Source: Ministeria vibrans ATCC 50519
Taxonomy: Eukaryota > Protista > Filasterea
DNA length: 33,624 nucleotides
Assembly: GCA_943704425.1 (NCBI GenBank)
Contig: CALSCP010001339.1
Location: forward strand, 1 to 33,624
Reading direction: 5' to 3'
A program made the position numbers and the translations under genes. Below, one piece after another: positions 1 to 11,628 of the stretch (positions within the stretch are counted from its first letter, which is position 1; each line of letters opens with the position of its first letter). Below the pieces are notes generated by a model. The model saw nothing but the letters and a program-made list of their open reading frames with translations, did no database searches and had not been told where the DNA came from.

Positions 1-52
<52 letters not shown>

Positions 53-272
53 GGAGGAAAGAAACAAAGTGATAGAGAGAGAGAAAAAGAAAGAAACAAA
101 GTGATAGAAAGGAGGGGCAAAGACACAAAGTGATAGAGAGAGAGAAAGAAAGAAACAAAGTGATAGAAAGGAGGGGCAAAGAAACAAAGTGATAAAGAGA
201 GAGAAAGAAAGAAACAAGCAAAGTGATAGAAAGGAGGGGGAAAGAAACAAAGTGAGAGAGAGAGAGAGAGAG
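1..272. repeat. (AG)n microsatellite followed by a degenerate purine-rich minisatellite with core GAAACAAAGTGATA, inside a TBCK intron
   Basis: (AG)n at 1-46; recurring units such as AAAGAAACAAAGTGATAGAGAGAGAG and AAAGAAACAAAGTGATAGAAAGGAGGGGC from about 58 to 272. Confidence 0.9.
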
Positions 273-335
273 TCAGTTAGTGAGACCGAGAGAGAGGAGA
301 TGTGTGTCTAACTGAGTTAAGACTATGAAACCTAC

Positions 336-3331
336 CTTGAGAATGTCAATTGGAAGAGGATTCTCCCACCAACGATTGATCCGCACACCGCTCTAAATTG
401 ACAATATAAATTCTCATCACTCACATAAAATCATTTTCGTTAGTTACGTCAGCTTCTGAGTTATCCGAGGGACTGTCGTGTTGATCGAGTTTGGAAAAAG
501 CAGAATCGCGAGACTTATCACTGTTGCAACGTTGCGTGATGGAAGGAGGAGCCTCTCGAGCAATGGGACGCGCAACGCGGATCACACGTTCAATGTCAAC
601 ATCCTATGTGAGTGTGTGTGTGTGTGTGTGATGAAATGAAAGAGAGAGAGAGAGGAGGGGAAAGAAACAGATGAGGAGAAAGAAACAATGTGATAGAAAA
701 AAAGTGGAACACAAAGTGATACAGAAACAAAACAAAGTGATACAAAACAAAGTGATACAAAACAAAACAAAGTGATACAGAAACAAAACAAAGTGATACA
801 GAAACAAAACAAAGTGATACAGAAACAAAACAAAGTGATAATGAAACAAAGTGAAACAACAACATGACACACGACTTACAGGCATATCGGAGAAGTGCAA
901 AATACACTCATTGAACGAAAAGGAGAGCAAAAGCGAACGAAACTGCAAAAGAATTGCAATGCCAATACACATCGGAAGAGACACAGAGCCCAAGAGAATC
1001 GTATCCCATAAATAGTAAATCTTATCCAAAGGGAAAACGTCTATCAAAAGAAAGGGGGTTGAATTCAGTCAGAGTTTGATCAAAAACGTATTCGTTACGA
1101 GTGAAGAGAGTGAGAAACCAAGAAATGGCATAGAGCTCAGCGTGAAAGCCCACATTTAGCAAATGCTGAGCAAGTTCTGGATCGTGAAACGCAATAAGAT
1201 GCGAAAAGACTGCGAGATATTCCTGAATGACAAGTGAGTTGTCTGCTGCAAAAATGCCATTAAGGTATTTGTGGATGAATGCGTTGAGAGAGGCCCAGGC
1301 GAGTGCTTCGTCGTTGAAGGAGAGGGTTACAAAGGGCGCAGCAAGGGAGTCAAGGCCTGATAGAAAATGAGAATGAAGTATAAGTAGTGTGGTCTTCTTT
1401 TCTTTTCGAGTGAATGTGAGTGTGTGACAGAGAACGACAGGCACACACACACATATATATATAATATACGCCCTCCTTTTTGTGTGAGTGTGGTGTGTTT
1501 GGCACACACTTCATTGTTGGGCGTGGCAGTGAATGGCATGCACTTGACTATGATGGTGTCTCTAACCTTGCCAGTAGACCAGGGCTGGGTTTGCAGCAAC
1601 CCATGCCTTGAGGACACGCTTCATGATGGCATGGCCGGTCGGGGACGATAGAAGTGTGTGGTACTGATGGCAGCGTGGGATGTCCACCTCAATCTGCCGG
1701 TCGGTCGCCGTCGCGGTGTCCTTGTCGACGGCGGCGTAGTCTGCGCGGTAGTCACCGTGAACGCCCAGCACAGCGGCCCATGCACGACCGCGAAAAAAGG
1801 GTGGGATGTCGACGGCACCGTTGCTCACGATAGCGTCGCGCGTGGATGGGTATGCCTGGAGCATCTGACGAAACAAGTCAATGCGGCCGTACTGGTACTC
1901 GACGTCGTCTTCGCGGATGCTCAGGGGCAAGGTGACCGCGTCCGCTGCGTTGGTACCGTCGGTGACAGCGCGGCCGATGCGCTCGATAAGCCGGGTCAGC
2001 GGGAGCACCACCACCATGTCCGTGTACATGCTGACCCGGTCGCGTGCCTCTTCCACGCGACGTCCTGTTGTCACGCAGTGCAGCGAAGGAAACCGCAGAA
2101 TTGGCGGTCGCACCTGAATGAGATTGTGTTGCGTGAGAAGAGCGACCAGATCGCCTCCGGCCCGACACCACAAAAAGTACAGCTCGTCGAGAGGCAGTGC
2201 TGCAACTTCATTGGTGCCCGCTGGAACCGTTATCGCTGCTTCTGCTGCGGCCGCTTCCGCTTCTGCTGCCCTCTCTGCAGCACCGGCCTTCTTCTCTGTG
2301 CTCCCATCGGTTGAGCCTAAGGCACCGCTGCTGTCAGCAACGCCTGGCGACGACTTGCTGACCCACGGCGCCACTTTGAGCGTTGCTTTGGTGCGTTGCG
2401 ACACAAACAACATTGAGGCTCGCGTGCACGGGCGTGGCATCCACTGGCCGAGCATGACAGGCTGCGGATCGGCGCTGGCATCAGCTGTGGTCGACGCGAC
2501 CAGTGAGCCAAGAAGCGGTTCGAGATAGGGGTGTGACAAGAGCTGGTCGGCCGTGAGACGAGCGCGCGGATCAACAGCAAGGCAGCCACGCAAAAAGTCG
2601 ACCAGGTCTGCATCGAGGGTCGCGACGTCCTGGGCCCGGTGCTCGGCCAGAATCTTGTCGAGGACGCAGCCGGTGGACAGAGCACCCGACGCAATGGCCA
2701 TGGTCTTCCTGAGCAGCGCTGCAAGGTCGTCGCGCAGATGCGCCCACACCTGCCGCCCCATGAGCAGCTCAACAAGCACAATACCAAGGGCCCACGAGTC
2801 GACCTTGCAGCTGCACGGCCCGCGCAGGCCCGCGTCGGCGTCGTCGCTGCTGGCGATGAGTTCGGGCGCCAGAAAGCGCGCGTCTCCAATGAGAAAGGGG
2901 ACGGCGCGGCCCATGTCGCTCATCGAGAAGAGCCCCCAGTCGCTGAGCTTGACGTGGAGCCCCGCACCGTCGGCACCGGCGGTCGCCATCAGCAGAATGT
3001 TGTGCGTCGAAAGATTGCGATGGACAACCTGTCGCGCATGAAGGTGCTGCAGCGCCGAGCAGACCTGCAAGGCAACGCGACGCACGTCGAGCGAGCCCCG
3101 CACGTCGGCGGCGGTCCGTTCGGCGTGCTCCTGGACGACCAGCAGCCGATCGTGGGCGCTGCGACGCAGATCAATGTATCGCGCCAAATGGACATGGCCA
3201 AACGCATTGGCGTCCGCCAAACGAGGAAACGCCCCTGCAATGCACACGCTCTTGGGCGTGACTGGGAGGCCGTTGGATCCGCACAGATCGCTCGATTGAG
3301 CGACCGCGACGAATGTTCGAACGCCAAGCAT
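336..3331 (-). CDS. TBCK: TBC domain-containing protein kinase-like protein (pseudokinase + TBC RabGAP); 3' end, expected to include the rhodanese domain, lies beyond the window start
   Basis: Exons spliced by eye with GT-AG in frame: 3331-1567, 1356-1099, 1040-880, 603-448, 392-336. N-terminus [14 protein letters not shown] matches TBCK (DVCGSNGLPLTPNS). Degenerate kinase motifs [10 protein letters not shown] and KLSDWG. TBC fingers IEVDIPRC and YWQG|LDSLAAPF, then WFLTLFT|[13 protein letters not shown]. Confidence 0.95.
711..855. repeat. Intronic tandem minisatellite, about 21-bp unit (ACAAAGTGATACAGAAACAAA) with shorter variants
   Basis: About seven to eight copies of CAAAGTGATA visible in TBCK intron 604-879; these produce the repetitive spurious ORFs at 582-907. 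Confidence 0.9.
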
Positions 3332-4061
3332 TGCAATGATCAATAATATTATTATTATTATTATTCTATTTTGGAATTTGGATGGATGAATAAAAATATC
3401 TGTGTGAGGGTGCGCGCCCGTCCGCCCGCGAGACAGATCACAGATAGACAGACATTGTCAGACAGCCAGGCAGGCAGGCAGGCAGGCAGCAGGGGGGAAT
3501 GATGAGGCGAGATAGAATGAGTGTGTGTAGAAATGGATATTTTCAATCAGACTGACAGCTAAATGACATCGCTTCACCATGGCTCTGTAATCTGTTAATT
3601 GAACAACCGAATCGCTTGCTCGGCAGCCTGTCGCTCCTGCCACGTCTCAAACAACCTTACATATCAAAAGTTTCAAAACTCACATTTGTTTACTTTTGAA
3701 TAACAGAACAAGTCATCAATCAGTCTCTCTTCCCACATTCCGTCCTGTAAAGGAGATCGTTGGCACGTGGCGCAAATGATGGATGACGACGTAAGCGCGC
3801 GGAACACATCTTTTTTCTATCTGCGGATTTCATATCATTTTGACATATTTTATGAGAGATAAAAAACGCCGGTCGGCTCGTTCTCGCCACAGCGGCTTTC
3901 TTTCGCCTTGTTGCTTTCCGTATGGGTGGCCCATGTCTATTCACACGTCTGGAAGGCGCCAAAACGTCACGATGTGGCTGTATTGCTCTGCTTTTCGCTC
4001 ACCAGCGAATTCTGCCCATTTTTTTTTCAAAAATCACTGACTGAAACTTTCTATACTTCCA

Positions 4062-6735
4062 ATGGACTCACTCGCTATCGTATGGCGGCAGATAAACGGC
4101 AGACACGGCAGAGAAGTGGTTCAAGCGCACGGTGGGGGCGGCAGCGACGACACCGAGGACGAGAGCGCGGCAGACGGGCCGGACGATGTGGTTGCGCTCG
4201 ACAGCGACGACGATCTGCTCGTGAGCGACGAAGACCGCGATGCGCCCATCACCCGCCGCCGCTTCCACTCCCACTGGCGCCGCTCCGCCGCCTTTAGGCA
4301 TTCCTGGCGCCAGAAGAAGCTCTCTGCGAGCAAACGAGGTTAACATGTTTCAAAAAAAAAAAAAAAAAAAAAAAAAAACGCCTGTGGTGTTGTTAACTCA
4401 CTCAATGTGGACTGACTGACACTTTGCGACTTTTTTTTTTTTTTTTTTTTTTTTTTGCAACGTAGATGGCACTCTGTTCTGTGCGGACGATGAGACGTTG
4501 CTGGCGACGTTGGAGCCATTGGTATCGCTGCATCACTACGCCAACGTTGAGGTAGCAGGGCTCCCTGCAATGCCACGCCTACAGGTACCATGGGACACGG
4601 TTGCCAGTCAGGTGCACGAGTGGACGGCGTCGGAGCTCAAGCGTCGCTGGCGCTACCTGCGCATGCTTGTGGCAGGTCCCACTCTTCTTGTTCAACTACA
4701 GTCGCTGTGCAAGTTGTTCAGCGACGCCAAGCGCAGTGGTTCTCTGGAGACATGCGAACGTGTGCGCACTCGGATGCGCCGTCAACTCCCTCAGCCTACA
4801 GCCAACAAGACGCATCAGCGACCTTCACCACCAACAACAACAACACCACCACCAACAACACCATCTTCATCATCATCATCATTGTTATTTTCAACAACTA
4901 CAAGAACAGCGAGAGCGACTACATCTGTCGGGTCGCGGCCCAACCAACCGCTCGTTGTGGGTCAGCATTGGACGGCGTTCAGACTGTACTTCAAGGAGCA
5001 GTGGCTGCGCGAGCACCCGCATCACGGACTGAGTGAGGCCGTTGCTCAGGTGCACGCACGTCGCGACTGGCAACAGCAACTGACGGCAGAGGAGCGCCGA
5101 GCGTATGCAGACAATGCCCAGGTACAGCAGGAGTACGGGCGAGTGTTTCAACGGGAGTTTGAAGGGATCGTCGAGCCGCAAGCGCGTCCAAAGGCGTCGA
5201 GTGGTGTTGCACTATGGACAACTCTGTCGCCTGAAGAGTATCGTCGTCACCGACCGCACGCGCATGTATTTGAAGAGGAACACCGACTGCGACTGGAAGA
5301 GCAAGGGCACCGCATGCGCATGGAGCGACTGGATGCGCGACGGGAGGAGGTGGCGGCCGCGGAGAAGGCGATGAAGCTGGTGCAGCGGCAGCGACGACAA
5401 CTGACGGGCGGCAAGCCAACGCGTGCTCCAACGGGCTACCAGTTGTTTCTGCAGCGGCAGCGAAAGCGCGACGAAGAAGGGAAATTTGCGCCGAGTGGGG
5501 GGTTTATGGCGCAGAGGGCAACAGAGTGGAAGGCACTGACGCGCGAGACACGGGCGGAGTACACGCGCGAATCAAACGAGCTAAGTTGCGTGTACGAGCG
5601 GGAGATGGAGGAGTACTGGGGAGTGTACGGACGGCTGTTTCCGGACGATGCGGCGTATGCACTGGCGCAAAGGAGTGTACAGACGCGCAGAGGGACCAAA
5701 AAGCGCAAGAAGGAGAATGCAGGGGAGGAGGAGAAGGAAGGAGGAACGAGTGGCGAGGATAGGGAGCCAAAGCGACCGAGACAACAAACAGATGTGCCAA
5801 ACATTGGGAGTGGGAGCGGGGAATGTCCGTTTGCTGGCGACTATGCATTTCGAATGTTCTGTCGCGCGCGACAAGATCAAGTGCGAGCTGAGCTGCGCCA
5901 CTCAAGAGTGTACAATGGTGATGATGGCGAGGAAGGTGGTGATGGTGGGAGTGAGGATGAGGCTGTGTCGCAGGCACTGGTAGGTGCGTGGGGGGTTCTG
6001 TCGAGCAGCGAGCGGCGTGCCTTGGAGCATATTGCGGAGCGACTGCGCGCTGATTGGGAGAAAGAGAGGGCCACTGCTGCTGCGACCACCACAGCGACCA
6101 CAAAAGCAACCACACGAGCAAGCACAAGAGCAATTGTGCCAGCAGCAGGAACAAAAGCGAGCACAACTAGGACACACTCGCCGCCACCGTCTTCGATGGT
6201 CACTGTGGCAGTTGCTGAGCTGTCTGCGTCAACGAACGTGCCTGAGTCATTGCTGTTTGGCGACGAGTCACTGTTGCCACCGAACTACTTGCTTAACGAG
6301 CACGAATTGGACGCTTGTAGTGGCGCAGAAATGCTGCTGGGAGGACCCGCTGTGTTGTCATTGAGGGCACTTGCCGGTAGCACGGATGTGTCGGAGGAAG
6401 AGGAAGAGGAAGAGGAGGAAGAGGAGGAAGAGGAGGAGGAGGAAGAAGAGGAGGTGCCATTTCTTGAAGGAGCCGTTGACGATGTACTGAGTGAGCTGCA
6501 AGACACGCTGACGAGTCTGTGTGAGAACAGCGGCGACTATGCGACTGCGCGTGCTGTCTTCAAGCAGTTTGCAGAGCGAATGCGCGAGCACGTTGTGTTC
6601 CATTATCCCGCGATCAAAGCGGGTGCTCTCTCACGACTGGTTCGTCAATTGTGGCTCAAGGTGCCGCTCATTCAACGACGCCACTTGGGGGTGCTTCTTA
6701 AGCGACGTCGAAAGAGTTTGGGCGATTGTGTGTAA
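4062..6735 (+). CDS. Multi-HMG-box nuclear protein (about 850 aa) with N-terminal Myb/SANT-like segment and poly-Glu tract; UBF-like architecture
   Basis: Exons 4062-4338 and 4466-6735 join in frame across a GT-AG intron. Four HMG-box-like segments: WTAFRLYFKEQ..WQQQLTAEERRAY; KPTRAPTGYQLFLQRQR..EWKALTRETRAEY; YAFRMFCRARQ..AWGVLSSSERRAL; VFKQFAERMRE..LVRQLWLKVP. SANT-like VPWDTVASQVHEWTASELKRRWRYL. Basic NLS-like KKRKK. Confidence 0.8.
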
Positions 6736-7027
6736 ATAAATTCGTTTCATTTTTTTTTGTTTTCGAATTGGAGTGCACAACTATTTTAATGAGTAAGCTG
6801 AAAATTCTCTTGAATCTCTTTGTACTCAAATGAGAAGAAGTGTTGTTTGACCCTGATTAATAATAATAATTTTAATTAAAATTATAAATAATAATATTAT
6901 GTTAATAATGTTTTGGCTCAAGATATCGAAACTTGAATGTCCCTTGTGAGTAAGTTCTCGAATTTTTTTGCTTCAGAGTCTACTATGTTCATTCGCAGTT
7001 AGTGTCTGTCGTGACAGTCTGTCTCGC

Positions 7028-7098
7028 GCTGTGTTGGCGTCGATCTGGAAGACTGTGTGCAGTGGTGTGCAATGTTGTTTGAGGGAAAGAGTGAGAGT
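7028..7098 (+). pseudogene. Degenerate fragment of the 3' part of the zinc-finger repeat gene
   Basis: CTGTGTTGGCGTCGATCTGGAAGACTGTGTGCAGT..GTGCAATG..GAGGGAAAGAGTGAGAGT aligns with about 8516-8595 (CTGTGTTGGCGTCGACCTGGAAGAGTGTGTACAGT..GTGCAATG..GAGGGAAAGAGTGAGAGT) with substitutions and a deletion. Confidence 0.75.
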
Positions 7099-7286
7099 AA
7101 ATATTGAATGAACAATAAGTGCACAAGATAAATAAGATTTAGGCTGGCACTCCGAGGAGCCGATTTATTTGGTAAGAAAGTGCTAACTGTTAAGCGAGCG
7201 CCTTGCTTGAAAATTGAAAGGTGGGCAACACAATAATATTTTCAAAAGGTGAACTGTTGATACTTGATTATAGTCTTTTTCAATTG

Positions 7287-8676
7287 ATGAGCGAACCGTG
7301 GGATCGCGTCGCGGTCGCCGCTGGTCGTGCGTATGCGTACAACATGGAGCTGATGATGTCGGAGACGGGCGAACGATGCCGGACGGATCCGCCAAGTGAG
7401 ATTGGCGCTTGTTTTGCATTGGGCGCCAACGGAAAGATTGTGTGTCGCTTTCCTACAGCCGATGGAGAGCCATGTCGGTCACAGGGGTTTGTGGGCGAGG
7501 GTGTGCGGAAACACTTTACCTTGCACCATCCCATGAGCAAGCACCGCGTTGTCTGTGTCGTCTGCAATTCGTATGTTGGTTCAAGTCACCTCAAACGTCA
7601 CGTTGCTTCACACCACAGCAACACATTCACAGCCACCGTCATGGAACGCAGTCCGTTGGAGGACGGAGGGATGGAAGACGGTCTACCTGCGGGAGGTGCG
7701 TGCGGCATTGGAGCGCGACGGAGAAGAGGAGGACGTTGAGGGAGAAGTGGCGAAGGTGTTTGATCGTGGCGAGTTCGAGCGAGTCCCAATGGGATTTGTG
7801 ACTTGGTTGGCGATGGCACGAGGCGAGAAGGAGGATGAGGAAGACACGAGTGTGTTTGAGATGCTGGGGAATGGCAAGGTGCGGTGTCGGTGTCGACTTG
7901 TGAACGGACGAGTGTGTGCTGGACTGGGATTTGCGCCTGAGGGGGTGGGGCATCATTTCTCAAACTCCCATCCTCGGAGTGTGTTTCGCGTCAACTGTGT
8001 GGTGTGCAAGGAGGATGCGGCGCCACACGGAAGCACATTGAAGCGCCACCTGCTGCAATCGCACAGTGATGTATTCACTCGTGGCTGTGACTGGCTGAGA
8101 GTGTACGCTTCACTTGTGCGCAGTGAGCTGGAGGAGCGCAATGCGAGTGAGGCTGTGATTGTGCGTGAGCTGCAGCTGTTGCATGAGAGCGAGCGAGTGC
8201 CGTCGTCATTCTCTGGTTGGTTGTCGCGTGCGCAGAAGGAGAAGGAAGTGGGGAGTGGGTGCGGTGCGGTGGATCTCGACGCGTCGTTTGAGCGACTGGC
8301 CAATGGTCGGTTCAAGTGTCGAATGGTGCGACCGGCGACGGGACAGGTGTGTGATACTGCACTATTCACAAAGAGGAATGTGAGTGGTCATTTTGGCATT
8401 TATCATGTGCTAAGTGTGTATCGCACTCGATGTGCCATCTGCTCGCAATCCGTGTCCGAGGCGAGCAATCTGCGCAGACATCTGCGCGGCCGTCACTCTG
8501 CGTTGTTCACTCCCACTGTGTTGGCGTCGACCTGGAAGAGTGTGTACAGTTGTAATGTACGTAGTGCAATGATGCGAGAGGGAAAGAGTGAGAGTGCGAT
8601 TGAGAGAGAACTGAGCATTTTGTATGAGCATGAGAAAGTGCCTGCCTTGTTTAAAAGGTGGGCGATACAGTATTAA
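7287..8676 (+). pseudogene. Triple-repeat C2H2/BED-like zinc-finger gene, copy A, with a +1 frameshift near 7668-7670 (pseudogene or sequencing error)
   Basis: ORFs 7221-7739 and 7549-8676 together encode three homologous units. Copy A reads GGAGGGATGG where copy B reads GGAGGATG; removing one G fuses the frames (LEDGGWKTVY). Confidence 0.75.
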
Positions 8677-9118
8677 TTCATTATTTTTGTTTCCTCATTG
8701 GCGTATTGCCGGATTCTTAAAAAGTTCATCAGATCCAGTGTGATAGTGTCATTGGCGGTTTCAATTTACTCCGGTGATATTGAACAAGTTAGCGAATACG
8801 AAAAATATTTTTTAAAGAATGGAGAGTTGTACTGAATGTCGAAACAAGACATAAAAACCAAAGAGCTATTATTAACCATTAAGTCCCGTTTGTAGTATTA
8901 TTGAAAAAGAAGAATAACATTTCCAATATATTATCAATCACATGACAACACAATATTAATATTAATAATCATCATCGAGAATATGAGAAAATAATAATAA
9001 TAATAATTATTTAATGACGTAAAGAATAATAATAATTCATAATAATTATTATTTTTTTTTCTCAAGTTGTAGTCTTCTGTGTGCATCGAGCCACCGAAAG
9101 CCCAAGGAATCCGTTGTA

Positions 9119-9333
9119 ATGGATACGGACCCTCTCGTGGAGGAGAAGGAGGAATACCCGGTGGAAAAGGGACGGTATTTTGTGATCGTTGTGTTCTCGT
9201 TTCTCTCCGGGCTCCAATGTCTTTGCTGGTTCACCTTTTCCTCTGTCCCCGGGGCAGCCAAGGTAGTATAGTGTATTTTTATTAATGTGTTTTTATTAAT
9301 GTGTTTGTTTTTGTGTGTGTGTGTGTATGTGTA

Positions 9334-9415
<82 letters not shown>

Positions 9416-10830
9416 TGTGTGTGTCTGTGTGTGTGTGTGTATGTGTGTGTGTGGTGAGCTTCACGACGGCAGTGACCAAGAACCTTCCGTGTGTTGTGTT
9501 TGTCTTAGCAATTCTACCGCATCGACCAGGCGCAAATCAACCTTCTCCTCAATTGGGGGCCCATCGTCTTCCTCCCATTTGTATTTGTGGTGAGCTGGAT
9601 GCAGACCAAGCGGCATGGCTTGCGACGTGCGGTTGGAATGGGAGCGTGGCTGACCTTTGCGTGCACCATCATTCGCTCGATTCCCTCTCTCGTCGGCGGA
9701 CGCTTCCCCCAGACGACGGGAGCGCTCGCCATGCTTCACATCGGCCAGATACTGAATGCAGCAACGGGTGCAGTGGTCATGTCGCTGCCCTCGAAGCTGT
9801 CGGCCGTGTGGTTCTTAGAGCGCGAGCGGGCAACGGCGACTGCGGTTGCGTACATTGCAAATGGTCTTGGGTCCGTGGTCGGCTTTCTCCTCGGGTACGC
9901 TGGCGTGTGTGTGTGTGTGTGTGTGCTACAGTGCCCTCTTGCTGTTTTTTTTTATGTCTTTTGTTGTTGTTTTCTCTTTTGATTGTTGTTGTGTGTGTGT
10001 GTGTCTCTTTTGACTGTAGACCAGCACTGGTGCCACACACGGACGATTTTCCTCACCTACTGTATGTGGAAGCGGGTCTGGCATTGCTGCCTGTGCTGGG
10101 ATTTCATGTGTACTTCCCCAACGGTCCTCGTGAGGCTCCCTCACCGTCGGCCAAGGAGTACCAGAATGGTGGGTACAAGTCGCCGTTTGCGGCCAATCTC
10201 TTCAAGGCACTGCGCAACGGCCACTTTCTGCTGGTGGTGCTGGTTGGAGGAGTGCAAGCGGGAGTCACGGCGGGCTGGCAAGGGGTGCTCACTAACTCAC
10301 TGTCGGCGCAGTTCTCGCCGTCGGTCATTGGCTATCTGGGCTTTGGCAATACACTTGCGGGCATGGTGGGCGGTCTGCTTGCCGGTCAGCTGTGCGACCG
10401 TTTCTTCCAGCGTCGCTACAAGACACTGCTTATCGTGTTTTTTGCGCTTGCTGTGCTTACCTTCCTCTGGTTCACTCTCATGCTGCCACTTCCCTTTGTC
10501 ACCCATCCGTCTCCACTGCTCTCGTCCAATCTCGCGTCCATTGCTGCGTCCATCTCGCTCGCTGGGCTGTTCCAAGGCGCCACCGAGCCCCTCTGCTACG
10601 AGCTCACGGCCGAACTGGTCTACCCTGTGAGCGAGTCTACCAGTGGCGCGCTCCTCGTGCTTGTTTTCAACGCCGCATCGCTCGTTTTCCTCGCCGTCTC
10701 CGCACACATCCCAACGACCGCCATGAATCTCATCCAGACCTGCTCCATCCTCGCCTGCACCCTTCTTCTTCTTTTTGTCCGACCCTCCTACCGCCGTGCC
10801 GATGCCGAGCGTACGCTCGTCATTCAGTGA
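9119..10830 (+). CDS. MFS transporter, SLC49 family (SLC49A4/DIRC2-like), about 446 aa
   Basis: Exons 9119-9262, 9509-9894 and 10020-10830 splice in frame. RYFVIVVFSFLSGLQCLCWFTF; INLLLNWGPIVFLP; GQILNAAT..SKLSAVWFLERERATATA; LCYELTAELVYPVSESTSG are SLC49/DIRC2 signature segments. About 12 hydrophobic spans. Confidence 0.88.
9312..9452. repeat. (GT)n microsatellite in intron 1 of the MFS gene
   Basis: About 140 bp of nearly pure TG repeat. Confidence 0.97.
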
Positions 10831-11628
10831 CCCATCGACTATCGTCGCGTGTCGAGTGGACTCCTTGCTTGTTATTCACTATCTGTGTTTTTGATCTGTC
10901 AATTGTATTCTTATGCGTGTACTTGTAGTCGTAAAAATCTACCGTGGCCTCGCTCGTCATCGTCTTCTTATATAAATTTGTCTTTTTCTTCTTCTTCTGG
11001 TTTCTGATGGAACGCGAAAGGAACACCAGGGTCCCACCAGGGATTGTCTTGAATGCGCGCCAGCAGAGTGCCGGATCCACCTCGATCACCTTCTGGTTGC
11101 CTCATAGGTCCATGATGGAATTTTAAGAGTCAAAATTGCGCCTTCTTTGTTGGCCTTGTCTTTCATCATGCTTCAGAGGAACTTTCGCGGACGGTCACAA
11201 TGAAGTCACAATACACTCCCTAATCATACAGGTGAGCACAACTTCGACTTTTCCACGACCCAAGGCCGTTTCACACACACACACACACAGTTTTAGCCGT
11301 CCGTCTAGTTGCTCTGTAGTAAACGAGTCTCTAGCACAGTGTCACGCGCCACTGACGCGTCATTGTCCATGAGGTGATCCCGCCACACCCTCTTTGGCAG
11401 CGTGGAGGGGAGGGGGATGGTCTCACCGTCTCAGCCGCACACCGGGGACACAGCCATATCGTTGACACACGCAATGGTTCATGCTAGGCGTAAGGCGTGA
11501 TTTAGGCGTTGCAGCATCAAGTCCTTCTGCTTGATTTGCAATGCGAGCAGTGAGAGTGTCCTTTGCCGCAACAGACAATGATATTCTTCTTGTTCCTTGA
11601 ATACGTAATAACTATTATTCGCTTTCAC

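Noticed and set aside
582-907. Repetitive Cys/Phe-rich ORFs, and a CRISPR-like look of the repeats
   Set aside because: They translate an intronic minisatellite; units are adjacent with no unique spacers, and the context is eukaryotic.
9301-10019. N-terminal part of the 509-aa ORF with poly-(VC)
   Set aside because: Read-through of the (GT)n intron in the wrong frame; the spliced model gives a coherent SLC49 protein.
10940-11560. Short ORFs and a GC-rich patch between the MFS gene and zinc-finger copy B
   Set aside because: No recognisable protein motif or RNA family; cannot be supported.
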